DNA from: Macrostomum lignano
Taxonomy: Eukaryota
Assembly (NCBI GenBank): GCA_002269645.1
Contig: NIVC01000690.1
Span: 186,001-250,000, forward strand
Length of the DNA stretch: 64,000 nucleotides
Direction: 5' to 3'
The translations under genes and the position numbers were made by a program. Each line of letters begins with the position of its first letter. Positions within the stretch are counted from its first letter, which is position 1. Of the stretch, positions 12,950-23,835 are shown piece after piece. The notes beneath the pieces are model-generated. The model searched no databases, was not told the DNA's origin, and worked only from the letters and a program-made list of their open reading frames with translations.

Positions 12950-13398
12950 CTGTGCCTGGGCAGCACTCCCTCGGCAATTTCAGGATAATCAATCTGAAAC
13001 AGCATAGACTGCTGTCCGGAATCCGGGTCTCGCTGTTTGGTCACTTTATAACCGGGCAAACCAATTTTAACGAATCGTTTCGGATCCACCCTGGGCTTCT
13101 CAGGTGCCGGCTGTACAGGCGAATCTTTAGCCATTTCAGCGGCTCGCCTAGCCAAATTCTGTTGGTGCTTTTTACCTTGAGTATGAGCCAAATAGCTGCC
13201 TTCGTTGTTGTGCAGAGTTAAACACAGCTTGCACTCGTAAGTGCCCAAGTGATTCTTCATAAAGTAGGGATCTTTCTGCAGATCGATAGTCTCCAAAGCC
13301 AGCTGGCGAAGTCGCTCCCGACGGTCCCTGTTGGAATCCGACCAAGAGGCGACGCCGCCTGTGCCGGTCTTGCCGCCTGGCCTGTGTTGAAAGTCCAT
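12950..13398 (-). CDS. SF3A2: Splicing factor 3A subunit 2, exon 1
   Basis: MDFQHRPGGKTG..DPYFMKNHLGTYECKLCLTLHNNEGSYLAHTQGKKHQ matrin-type zinc finger; donor GTAATT 12944-12949. Confidence 0.97.
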
Positions 13399-13477
13399 GA
13401 TGGCTTGAGAGGTCGGTAGATGCGCAGCAATGTCAGGGTGCCATATTGCTAGATTGACGGGTCTGTATTGAACCTTG

Positions 13478-15256
13478 ACTGAAGTCTGAACCTTCAGGGG
13501 GATCTGGGATGGCAGAGACTGAAGTCTGAACCTTCAGGAGGATCTGGGATGGTAGAGACTGAAGTCTGAACCTTCAGGAGGATCTGGGATGGTAGAGACT
13601 GAAGTCTGAACCTTCAGGAGGATCTGGGATGGTAGAGACTGAAGTCTGAACCTTCAGGAGGATCTGGGATGGCAGAGACTGAAGTCTGAACCTTCAGGAG
13701 GATCTGGGATGGTAGAGACTGAAGTCTGAACCTTCAGGAGGATCTGGGATGGTAGAGACTGAAGTCTGAACCTTCAGGGGATCTGGGATGGTAGAGACTG
13801 AAGTCTGAACCTTCAGGAGGATCTGGGATGGTAGAGACTGAAGTCTGAACCTTCAGGGGGATCTGGGATGGTAGAGACTGAAGTCTGAACCTTCAGGGGG
13901 ATCTGGGATGGTAGAGACTGAAGTCTGAACCTTCAGGAGGATTTGGGATGGTAGAGACTGAAGTCTGAACCTTCAGGGGGATCTGGGATGGTAGAGACTG
14001 AAGTCTGAACCTTCAGGGGGATCTGGGATGGTAGAGACTGAAGTCTGAACCTTCAGGAGGATCTGGGATGGTAGAGACTGAAGTCTGAACCTTCAGGAGG
14101 ATCTGGGATGGTAGAGACTGAAGTCTGAACCTTCAGGAGGATCTGGGATGGTAGAGACTGAAGTCTGAACCTTCAGGAGGATCTGGGATGGCAGAGACTG
14201 AAGTCTGAACCTTCAGGAGGATCTGGGATGGTAGAGACTGAAGTCTGAACCTTCAGGAGGATCTGGGATGGTAGAGACTGAAGTCTGAACCTTCAGGGGG
14301 ATCTGGGATGGTAGAGACTGAAGTCTGAACCTTCAGGGGGATCTGGGATGGTAGAGACTGAAGTCTGAACCTTCAGGGGATCTGGGATGGTAGAGACTGA
14401 AGTCTGAACCTTCAGGGGGATCTGGGATGGTAGAGACTGAAGTCTGAACCTTCAGGAGGATTTGGGATGGTAGAGACTGAAGTCTGAACCTTCAGGGGGA
14501 TCTGGGATGGTAGAGACTGAAGTCTGAACCTTCAGGGGGATCTGGGATGGTAGAGACTGAAGTCTGAACCTTCAGGGGGATCTGGGATGGTAGAGACTGA
14601 AGTCTGAACCTTCAGGGGGATCTGGGATGGTAGAGACTGAAGTCTGAACCTTCAGGGGGATCTGGGATGGTAGAGACTGAAGTCTGAACCTTCAGGGGGA
14701 TCTGGGATGGTAGAGACTGAAGTCTGAACCTTCAGGAGGATTTGGGATGGTAGAGACTGAAGTCTGAACCTTCAGGGGGATCTGGGATGGTAGAGACTGA
14801 AGTCTGAACCTTCAGGGGGATCTGGGATGGTAGAGACTGAAGTCTGAACCTTCAGGAGGATTTGGGATGGTAGAGACTGAAGTCTGAACCTTCAGGGGGA
14901 TCTGGGATGGTAGAGACTGAAGTCTGAACCTTCAGGGGGATCTGGGATGGTAGAGACTGAAGTCTGAACCTTCAGGGGGATCTGGGATGGTAGAGACTGA
15001 AGTCTGAACCTTCAGGGGGATCTGGGATGGTAGAGACTGAAGTCTGAACCTTCAGGGGGATCTGGGATGGTAGAGACTGAAGTCTGAACCTTCAGGGGGA
15101 TCTGGGATGGTAGAGACTGAAGTCTGAACCTTCAGGAGGATCTGGGATGGTAGAGACTGAAGTCTGAACCTTCAGGGGGATCTGGGATGGTAGAGACTGA
15201 AGTCTGAACCTTCAGGGGGATCTGGGATGGTAGAGACTGAAGTCTGAACCTTCAGG
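13478..15256. repeat. Very homogeneous 40-bp minisatellite upstream of SF3A2
   Basis: GACTGAAGTCTGAACCTTCAGGAGGATCTGGGATGGTAGA, ~44 copies. Confidence 0.97.
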
Positions 15257-15682
15257 GAGGATATGGAAGAGGGGCGGCCAAGTTTTTATTAGTTAAAAGC
15301 CATAAAACTGACTAGAATAGTGATCTATCAACACATGCTTTAAAAAGAAAATAAAACTGAAAAAAGATTCGTCTTCATGAAATTAAACAATTTCTGTATA
15401 TTTTGCATAATAAAAAATCATCAAATAATTCATATCAACAATATACTACTTTAATACTGGTAGTAGGAACAATAGAAATGACTCATAAAGAATAATTATT
15501 AAAAAACTCCTAACAAACATACAACAATTCTGATATATGCTTACTGTAGATTAAAATACAACTCACCAACCCGATCGACAAACATAACTGCAACCCGCAT
15601 CTGAAATTGTGGTTGTTTTTTGCAAGTTAATTAGTTAAACAGTAAAAACAACCAGCACAGATAATTATTAATAACAATAAAT

Positions 15683-15744
15683 TCAGTAACAGCCTCTAGA
15701 AAATTGATCCCGATAGGATCATATACATGCTAGTAACTCATCAT
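15683..15744 (-). ncRNA. SNORD95: Box C/D snoRNA, U95-like (LSU AAC-Am-GCCUCU)
   Basis: C box ATGATGA, D box CTGA; guide complementary to AACAGCCUCUAG; D+5 rule hits the A equivalent to human 28S A2802. Confidence 0.8.
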
Positions 15745-15799
15745 AAATCTAATTAAAGTACAATTATGAACAGTTATAAAAACTGAGTAACTGGAAGGC

Positions 15800-16000
15800 T
15801 GATCCAGCAACTGAGGATCTGGGAGGCTGGCGCTGCATCTGAGGATCTGGGAGGCTGGCGCTGCAACTGAGGATCTGGGAGGCTGGTGGCCCAGCAACTG
15901 AGGATCTGGAAGGCTGGTGGACAAGCAACTGAGGATCTGGAAGGCTGGTGGCCCAGCAAGTGAGGATCTGGAAGGCTGACCAGCAACTGAGGATCTGGGA
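15800..16000. repeat. Short ~30-bp degenerate minisatellite (ACTGAGGATCTGGGAGGCTGG..)
   Basis: Direct. Confidence 0.8.
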
Positions 16001-16218
16001 GTATATCTGCTATTGTATTAATTGAAAAAACAAGTCTGTTGTATAACAACAACAATGAATCTTTTAAAACAACTTACTCACACATATCTGCAGATATAGT
16101 AGATTATTGTCTCCGATATATCTGAAGTAAAGCAAGGAGCGGATTTGTGGAGTTGTTAAGTAAATAGATAAGAAATTAACTTATATATTAAACAACTACT
16201 GCGTAATTCAAAGCTACA

Positions 16219-16279
16219 TCAGTAACAGCCTCTAGAAAAAAGATCAGTTAATGATCAGAATGAACTAGTAACTCATCAC
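16219..16279 (-). ncRNA. SNORD95: Box C/D snoRNA, U95-like
   Basis: GTGATGA..CTAGAGGCTGTTA-CTGA. Confidence 0.8.
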
Positions 16280-16374
16280 GTGTGAATATTCTGAATATTG
16301 GGATTAATTTAGTACAAACTAGCTAATTACTTTTAGATGCAGAAGAGCCAGCATAACGAATTAAGAGTGAATAA

Positions 16375-17100
16375 TATCTAATGACACCTTTGATCCTCTT
16401 CCTATCTAATGACGCCTTACATCCCTATGTAATGACACCTTAGATCCCTATCTAATGACGCCTTAGATCCCTATCTAATGACGCCTTAGATCCCAATCTA
16501 ATGACGCCTTAGATCCCAATCTAATGACGCCTTAGATCCCAATCTAATGACGCCTTAGATCCCTATCTAATGACGCCTTAGATCCCTATCTAATGACGCC
16601 TTAGATTCCTATCTAATGACGCCTTAGATTCCTATCTAATGACGCCTTAGACCCCAATCTAATGACGCCTTAGATCCCAATCTAATGACGCCTTAGATTC
16701 CTATCTAATGACGCCTTAGATTCCTATCTAATCCCAATCTAATGACGCCTTAGATTCCCAATGACGACTTAGATTCCTACCTAAGGACGCCTTAGATTCC
16801 TAAGGACGATTTAGATTCCTATCTAATCCCAATCTAATGACGCCTTAGATCCCTATCTAATGACACCTTAGATCCCAATCTAATGACGCCTTAGATCCCT
16901 ATCTAATGACGCCTTAGATCCCAATCTAATGACGCCTTAGATCCCTATCTAATGACGCCTTAGATCCCTATCTAATGACGCCTTAGATCCCTATCTAATG
17001 ACGCCTTAGATCCCTATCTAATGACGCCTTAGATTCCTATCTAATGACGCCTTAGACCCCAATCTAATGACGCCTTAGTTCCCTATCTAATGACGCCTTA
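16375..17100. repeat. 23-bp minisatellite (ATCTAATGACGCCTTAGATCCCT)
   Basis: Direct. Confidence 0.93.
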
Positions 17101-17531
17101 GATTACTAGTACCATCTATTTAGCAAACAAAACAAAACTGAATCTCAACTTACTTTTATCAAATCAAGTCTATACGCCAATGGTTCTGCCATCAAAGATA
17201 CAAAAGGGGAAGCCTAAAATGAGGTGAAAATTTATAATTAGGCACAATGAGAGTTATAAAAAAACAAATCAAATAAACAAGTTTCCATTTTTATTATCAA
17301 GAGAGCACCGGGCTTTTCAATCATACGTAATATGAATAATGAATATTGTTTTTTTCATCATTTAGTATATAAGCTAACTGAATACAATACATAGGAACTT
17401 ACATGCATCAGTATTCGCTTACTCGGGTCAAAAAATCGCATCTAAAATGTACAAAATTCGTTGCAAAAAAAACTGTATAGATTAATCAAAGTAGTATAAT
17501 TAGAGATTAAAAAGTAACGCAGATATTACTA

Positions 17532-17600
17532 TCAGTAACAGCCTCTAGTAAAGTAGTGATCATTAAATATGGATCATAGTTTGAACTAGTAACTCATCAT
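17532..17600 (-). ncRNA. SNORD95: Box C/D snoRNA, U95-like
   Basis: ATGATGA..CTAGAGGCTGTTA-CTGA. Confidence 0.8.
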
Positions 17601-18304
17601 AGTACTTTTAAGTTGAGGTGTATTGAGGTTTACTACACTCTTCTTGCTAACTGATTAGGAAATGAATAACTACTAAGCTAAATGAGCTAAATTTACAGAA
17701 AATGTCAATCTTTATAGATACTACTTATAATTTGCACTGCTAGTAGAGTAGAGAGCAAACTCTATGAAATACCTGATTAATTCTTAGTAAAAATTGAGGT
17801 ATGTTAATAAAGAAATCTTATTTAGACTATGCTATTTTGTGCTTTGTCTAATTAAATCATTGACTTTTGCATTGACTGCACTCAACACTTACCAACTGCA
17901 ATGACGAATATGAATAATTGGAAAATTCAAACCGAAAAAATTGTAGCCATTATTCCATCCTAAAAAAATAAATGACACACTGTGAGATCTCACTGAGATA
18001 CATATTCTATAGAGAGATAGTTTATTATTTCAAAGTTTAAAATCGAAACAATTTAATGTAGTCAGACATAGTAGGACACAAGTCAATCACGTGTGATCTA
18101 TTAGCGTAGGTAAAAGTATCATTCTATCTAAAATTAAATGTTACAAAAATAATATATATATTTTGAACACTTACAACTAGTCGTGTTCACCGATTTTTTC
18201 CAGCTTACATTGAATTTTAGCTTCTGGAAAGGTAAAAAAATAATTATATTACTTAGACAGGTAATATTTCAAGGTGATGTTCACAAAACTAAGCTTATTA
18301 AACT

Positions 18305-18376
18305 TCAGATCAACCTTTGTATTAAGTTTTCCTCAATTGGATTTAAATTTCGGAAGACCGTCGTGTTTGTCATCAT
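18305..18376 (-). ncRNA. SNORD35: Box C/D snoRNA, U35/snR73-like (LSU UAGA-Cm-CGUCGUG)
   Basis: ATGATGA, guide CACGACGGTCT, D' CCGA, C' TTGAGGA, D CTGA; D'+5 hits the C equivalent to human 28S C4506. Confidence 0.82.
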
Positions 18377-18576
18377 AAATTATGCTAGCATAACGATACA
18401 AGCTGGGCCGCTTACTGCCTCAAAGTACTCAAAATAAAAGAAATCATAGTATACGCTTACCAAAATGTTTACAAGCTTTTGGTATCCTTGACGTCTTCTG
18501 CAAGAGTGAAAGACATTTTTATTATGCAGCAGAATAAAAAGTATAGAGAAGTATATAAATATAAACATAATTATTA

Positions 18577-18653
18577 TCAGAATATGGCGATAACTGTACG
18601 TCATTGAATATTAATCAGACGAAAGATGGTGTGCTACAGGAAATATTCATCAT
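18577..18653 (-). ncRNA. SNORD32: Box C/D snoRNA, U32/U51/snR39-like (LSU CCGA-Am-AGAUGGUG)
   Basis: ATGATGA, guide CACCATCTTTCG, D' CTGA; D'+5 hits the A equivalent to human 28S A1511. Confidence 0.8.
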
Positions 18654-18704
18654 AAATTAGGCCGAAAAATTTAAGAAAACCAAACAAATAAAAGACTAAA
18701 AATT

Positions 18705-18781
18705 TCAGACAGCAATGTATAAAATTTTTTCCTCAATTTTAATATATAAAATATTCGGAAGACCGTCGTGTTTGTCATCAT
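18705..18781 (-). ncRNA. SNORD35: Box C/D snoRNA, U35-like
   Basis: ATGATGACAAACACGACGGTCTTCCGA, C' TTGAGGA, D CTGA. Confidence 0.82.
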
Positions 18782-19002
18782 AAATCACACTACTATAAGT
18801 AACACAAACACTAATACATACAGTACTAAACATATGAGAGCATAATTTAAAATACTTACAGTGTGTTAACCAAGACACATTGCATCCGTTTTAATTCTAA
18901 AAAGTAGAGTTTCAAACGACTTCTTAGGTTAGATTTTTTTAAATTCTTGAAGTGAAACAGCTTAAAACAACAGCTTTTTTATTTTAATAAACTTAAAGAA
19001 AG

Positions 19003-19077
19003 TCAGATTAAGTTAACATGCAACATCATTTCAGTTTCGTTCAGACGAAAGATGGTGTAATATGATTTATTCATCAT
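19003..19077 (-). ncRNA. SNORD32: Box C/D snoRNA, U32/U51-like
   Basis: ATGATGA..CACCATCTTTCGTCTGA, C' AATGATG, D CTGA. Confidence 0.8.
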
Positions 19078-19282
19078 AAATTGAATGCAATCAAATAGCT
19101 ACCAAAAATATAATTAGACTTAAGATTAGAAACTTACCTTCATCTGATAAACTATCGATTCATTTAGAGTCAAGCGCTTATCGTGTCCAAGTGGCCTAAA
19201 ATAGATGATAAACTCACATAGTTAAAGAATAGTTTTAAATCAAAGCATAAAGTTAAAATGTGTAAAAACTTGTTATTTAAAT

Positions 19283-19344
19283 TCAGTATCGCCTAGTGAA
19301 AAGCGGTCGATCATGCGTGTTCTTGTTGTAATTGTAAGCATCAT
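19283..19344 (-). ncRNA. Candidate box C/D snoRNA, target unassigned
   Basis: C-like ATGATGC, D CTGA, intronic position; a related decayed copy at ~19967-20001 shares TCATGCGTGTTC..GCATCAT. Confidence 0.5.
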
Positions 19345-19534
19345 TTAAATAAGAACTACAACCCTATACAACGTTTTTATAATAAATTAAAAAATCCTCA
19401 CTTACCTACTAACAGTAGATAAATGCAGAGCTGAATTCAACAATCTGGGAAAATGTAAAAAATGCAGCTTTTTAGCTTCTTAAAAACTGGCAAATCACGT
19501 AATTTTTTTATTTAAGAGCAAATAAATTTACCGT

Positions 19535-19604
19535 TCAGATATTAATATGTATAAATTTCCTCATAAACTTATTAATTTCGGAAGACCGTCGTGTTTGTCA
19601 TCAT
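19535..19604 (-). ncRNA. SNORD35: Box C/D snoRNA, U35-like
   Basis: Same C box/guide/D' as other copies; D CTGA. Confidence 0.82.
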
Positions 19605-19800
19605 AACACGTTTTCAATATTTATTAATTAGCAATTGAAAATTGACAAAAAATTAAACTTACGATTGTACACGGTACCACTACACTCTTCTTGGTTGTTG
19701 ATCTGCAAAAAATAGATTGTTAAAAAGTAATACTTACATAAATAGAGATAAATTTTGATTTTCTACAGCAAACAGAAATCACTGTATTTACATTCCTAAA

Positions 19801-19876
19801 TCAGATACTTGATAATTGACATCATCAATATGTTGATGTTCAGACGAAAGATGGTGTTTAAGTAGTTATTCATCAT
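19801..19876 (-). ncRNA. SNORD32: Box C/D snoRNA, U32/U51-like
   Basis: ATGATGA..CACCATCTTTCGTCTGA..GATGATG..CTGA. Confidence 0.8.
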
Positions 19877-20188
19877 TATTCATGGGCCGCTAACCATCAA
19901 TCAAATAAATCATTGGACAACTATGCTAATAGTAGCTCTAAAACATCTATCCTAACCTAAAAAGTCAATCATGCGTGTTCAACGATTTAATAAGGCATCA
20001 TATATTAGACAAGGAAAAAATCCATAAAGACCAAATTACACACTTACTACTAAGAGTAACCTAAGCAGCGCAGTAGAAACATTTTACTCCATTAGTCTAA
20101 AATTTTTTTTGAAAAAAAATCGAGTGATTAAAACACTTAACAGGGCTACTATATTCATTATTATTGATTAGACTTTCAAGCTTAGCTT

Positions 20189-20267
20189 TCAGACATTCAA
20201 TAGTTTAGTTAAGTATTCCTCAATTTTATTAATTAAAATTTCGGAAGACCGTCGTGTTTGTCATCAT
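20189..20267 (-). ncRNA. SNORD35: Box C/D snoRNA, U35-like
   Basis: C box, CACGACGGTCT guide, D' CCGA, C' TTGAGGA, D CTGA. Confidence 0.82.
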
Positions 20268-20479
20268 TTATATAGCCTACTATAAGTAACACAACATCAG
20301 GCAAAAAGAATGTTAAACACTTACCAGTTACTATGAGTAGATGCATCAGTGTCAAAATTTTTTTGATAGACTTTTCTGTGGAAAAATCGTAAAATTTTAT
20401 AGTGATTAACTTAAATTTAAGTACGTTTAAATGACATATTACAACCTAATTAAAATTGAAACACGAAAAGCTTAAGGCA

Positions 20480-20554
20480 TCAGACAAAACTAGTAAGTTA
20501 TAAAATTATCCACAATTGTGTCAACTTTCAGAAGACCGTCGTGTTTGTCATCAT
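20480..20554 (-). ncRNA. SNORD35: Box C/D snoRNA, U35-like
   Basis: C box, guide, D' CTGA, D CTGA. Confidence 0.8.
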
Positions 20555-20739
20555 TTACAAGTATTCAATAAGTTTTAACATGTGGGACACAAAACAAAAA
20601 AACTAACCGAACTAAAAGCCAATCCAGCTCTCCATAAAGGATCAACGGTTGATGATTGGTCCCTAAAATTTTATTAAATAAATTGTAAAAAAAACATTCT
20701 TAAAACTTACTTTACTTTTAAAATTACAATTGAAAACAT

Positions 20740-20812
20740 TCAGATAATAAAGATGCTGACACTCATTAAAGTCTGTCAGACGAAAGATGGTGTATTGGAA
20801 TATATTCATCAT
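20740..20812 (-). ncRNA. SNORD32: Box C/D snoRNA, U32/U51-like
   Basis: C box, CACCATCTTTCG guide, D' CTGA, D CTGA. Confidence 0.8.
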
Positions 20813-20992
20813 GCGAAGAGTTCTAGCTATTAAAATATAGTATTATACAAATATGAGCAGGCTGCTTACTTACCAAAAATCCTCAGACAAGAATACTAAC
20901 ATCATATTCTAAAACAGAATGGTTAAAAAATCGAATTTAGTTGAATATACACTTCTAAAGTCAGATTTATTTATTAATATGTATCGGATGGC

Positions 20993-21055
20993 TCAGTAAT
21001 AATATAGGTTTTGATCACTACTGACTCAGACAATGTAGGTAAATGTTGTCATCAT
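20993..21055 (-). ncRNA. SNORD34: Box C/D snoRNA, U34/snR62-like (LSU ACAA-Um-GUAGGUAAG)
   Basis: ATGATGA, guide TTACCTACATTGT, D' CTGA; D'+5 hits the U equivalent to human 28S U2824. Confidence 0.8.
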
Positions 21056-21299
21056 TTTTACGGCTTCTTAGCTACTGAATTTTAAACACATACAATCAAG
21101 TAATTTACGCTTTACAAGACTTCGCATGGAAAACTAATTTTAACAATCAACCACAAGGATACTGTTTTTGAAATAGTAACTCACCGAATGTATTGAAGCA
21201 CATTCAACAGACTGAAAGGAAAGTAGTGATAAAGAAACCATTTATAACTATGCGTTGAAATGAACAAAATAAAGAAGAAATAGTAAAATAAAAATGAGA

Positions 21300-21363
21300 T
21301 CAGGGACTGCATGCATCCGAACCGGTTAGTAATCACACGTGATCATATTTTTGCTTTCATCAC
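21300..21363 (-). ncRNA. Candidate box C/D snoRNA, target unassigned (shares central TAGTAATCAC..GTGATCA with family X)
   Basis: GTGATGA and CTGA 64 nt apart, inside an intron. Confidence 0.5.
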
Positions 21364-21710
21364 CAGGCTTAAAAATATTAACTATAAACAGAGTCCACAA
21401 AAAGCACAATCGCTTACCTTGGATAAAACCAGGACAAATGTAAGATTTACAAAGACCTGAAAAGTTTTGCAAGGATTTACAGCAAATAATGTAGTTATGT
21501 CATCAACTTCAAGCACCCGCTTTGTAGATGCTTTTGCTGGGTTACATCAGGCTCTGTTCGTTACCCCCTTTTAACGGCATACGCTGTTTGGCTACCCCCC
21601 CCCCCCCTGCAGAGACATGGTCTCATTGGTCTGGTCCGCCTCCGCACCCCACTTTCCGCCAAAGCGGCAGTTGTAAGAAACAATTAATCCAAAATTATTA
21701 ATGCGTTTCT

Positions 21711-21778
21711 TCAGTTTGCGTAGTCCTGGAAAAGCCATTCAGTAATCACATGTGATCAGCTGTTTTGATGGACATCAT
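21711..21778 (-). ncRNA. Box C/D snoRNA family X, target unassigned
   Basis: C-like ATGATGT, D' CTGA, C' GTGATTA, D CTGA; paralogs at 26019 and 30805. Confidence 0.55.
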
Positions 21779-21989
21779 GTTGAGAAACTTTATAACCATA
21801 TAACCGCGTAAAAATTGTAGATAAAAGTTTTTTACCTTACATAAATAATGAGTCATCGCGATTTCCCAAAGCAGTAGGAATATTAGTTTGTCTACAATGG
21901 TAAAAATAACAAATTAAAGAAATTAAAATTAATTCAGTAACAACGGAGAAGCCAATAATAAGTATTTATTAAAAATAACTAATTTATCG

Positions 21990-22061
21990 TCAGGGTTAAA
22001 AAGCTCATAGTTTACAATCATAGAATATTGGAATAACTCATGATTGGATCTATGTCATCAT
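21990..22061 (-). ncRNA. SNORD36: Box C/D snoRNA, U36/snR47-like (18S GCAGUU-Am-AAAAGCUC) with a second conserved D' guide
   Basis: 3' end GAGCTTTTTAACCCTGA as recalled for human U36A; D+5 hits the A equivalent to 18S A668; C box ATGATGA. Confidence 0.85.
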
Positions 22062-22261
22062 TTGAACAGGTTCTCCACATTTACATTAGAGAGAAGCAGA
22101 ATCTCTACAACTTACCCAGATAGAAACAGCTGGTCAAGTTCATAGAAGACATCGTCGATCTAGCTGAAATTAAATTATTTGAACAGGAACAGCTGATATT
22201 TGAAAACGAACTCAAAGGATGCAAAATAGCACGTATCTGAATGAAAATCTCAAAGCTATAA

Positions 22262-22333
22262 TCAGATAAATTTTGGAACGGTAATTAGAATAATATCAGT
22301 ATTGTTTCTCATATGGCAGAATCTATTCATCAT
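22262..22333 (-). ncRNA. Box C/D snoRNA family Y (guide to LSU UUGGCAGAAUC)
   Basis: ATGATGA, guide GATTCTGCCA, D' ATGA, D CTGA. Confidence 0.72.
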
Positions 22334-22511
22334 ATAGTGGCAGACTTTACTGTACAATATAAAAACATGCATTAACAACTTACTATTAGTAATGCAGTGA
22401 AGGTCTTCACCAAAGCTGAAAAGATGTATAAGAAAACAATTTTTACTGACTTTAATTTTTCAATTGAATCTGAAATCTGCTTTTTTTGCGAGCTATAGTC
22501 AATGCGAATCA

Positions 22512-22588
22512 TCAGAAACAGCCTCTAAATTATCGATCACAATTTGATCAGATGCTTGGTGAATATAGTCTTATTACAAACTCATCAC
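22512..22588 (-). ncRNA. SNORD95: Box C/D snoRNA, U95-like, with orphan D' guide TTCACCAAGCAT
   Basis: GTGATGA..CTGA, terminal stem GAATCA/TGATTC, D guide AGAGGCTGTT. Confidence 0.82.
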
Positions 22589-22649
22589 TGATTCAAAAAT
22601 TTTTTCCTTAAATCGAAACTCAGTTTATGCCACACACTGATGTAATCTA

Positions 22650-23470
22650 AGGAGACAGTGACCCTGGGATCTGAGGGGACAGTGACCCTGGGATCTGAGG
22701 TGACAGAGTGACCCTGGGATCTGAGGAGACAGAGTGACCCTGGGATCTGAGGGGACAGAGTGACCCTGGGCTGAGGTGACAGAGTGACCCTGGGATCTGA
22801 GGTGACAGAGTGACCCTGGGCTGAGGAGACAGAGTGACCCTGAAATCTGAGGTGACAGAGTGACCCTGGGATCTGAGGTGACAGAGTGACCCTGGGATCT
22901 GAGGTGACAGAGTGACCCTGGGATCTGAGGTGACAGAGTGACCCTGGGATCTGAGGTGACAGAGTGACCCTGGGATCTGAGGTGACAGAGTGATCCTGGG
23001 ATCTGAGGGGACAGTGACCCTGGGATCTGAGGGGACAGAGTGACCCTGGGATCTGAGGAGACAGAGTGACCCTGAAATCTGAGGGGACAGAGTGACCCTG
23101 GGATCTGAGGGGACAGAGTGACCCTGGGATCTGAGGGGACAGAGTGACCCTGGGCTGAGGGGACAGAGTGACCCTGGGATCTGAGGTGACAGAGTGACCC
23201 TGGGATCTGAGGTGACAGAGTGACCCTGGGATCTGAGGTGACAGAGTGACCCTGGGATCTGAGGTGACAGAGTGACCCTGGGATCTGAGGTGACAGAGTG
23301 ATCCTGGGATCTGAGGGGACGGTGTGATCCTGGGATCTGAGGTGACAGAGTGACCCTGGGATCTGAGGTGACAGAGTGATCCTGGGATCTGAGGGGACGG
23401 TGTGATCCTGGGATCTGAGGGGACGGTGTGACTCCGCGTTTTGAGGTGACCCTGGGATCCGAGGTGACAG
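22650..23470. repeat. 24/26-bp satellite (CTGGGATCTGAGGTGACAGAGTGACC), array 1
   Basis: Direct tandem periodicity. Confidence 0.95.
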
Positions 23471-23520
23471 ATCACCTTATTGTAGCATCAAACAGTGTAG
23501 GTAAGAGTTTAATCAATTAT
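23471..23520 (-). pseudogene. Decayed U34-like snoRNA, 3' half replaced by satellite
   Basis: GATCAC..TCAAACAGTGTAGGTAAG with C box decayed to ATTGATT. Confidence 0.6.
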
Positions 23521-23591
23521 ATTTTAATTTTAGGCTTGAAACTTGTGATTATTTTCAAATTCCTATAATTATATAGTTAAAGTTCCTATAA

Positions 23592-23686
23592 TCAGACAGT
23601 TGCGTTATTAAAGTTTTCCTCACTGAAGACTATAACTACCTACTAATAGTAGTTTAGTATCAGTAGACCGTCGTGTTTGTCATCAC
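23592..23686 (-). ncRNA. SNORD35: Box C/D snoRNA, U35-like (long form with C'-D' hairpin)
   Basis: GTGATGA, CACGACGGTCTA, D' CTGA, C' GTGAGGA, D CTGA. Confidence 0.8.
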
Positions 23687-23835
23687 ATTATTAAGGAACA
23701 TGGCCCTGTGTTTATTTTAAATTACTCCTAAACAAACATATACTAGAAAAATAGGCATTAACTTACTTCACAAAACATATGATCTAGACTTCATTTTGGT
23801 GAACTGCAGTAATATTAAAATTAATTTCAATAGTA

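Noticed and set aside
13433-13444. uORF M-A-P-stop upstream of SF3A2
   Set aside because: The 5' end of the mRNA is unknown and a 3-codon uORF is expected by chance
13478-15256. Regular arrays as CRISPR
   Set aside because: Units are contiguous with no unique spacers, there are no cas genes, and the context is eukaryotic
17154-17213. Stop-free 60-nt host exon suggesting a coding host
   Set aside because: No similarity to a known protein; other exons vary in length and phase and are poorly conserved between modules
18062-18124. Additional U34-like snoRNA
   Set aside because: Guide (TAGCGTAGGTAA) and C box are both degenerate; at best an old pseudogene
23630-23655. CTACCTACTA in the long U35-like copies resembling the LSU U74/snR64 target
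   Set aside because: It lies between C' and D', not upstream of a D box, and forms a local hairpin (CTACT-AAT-AGTAG)
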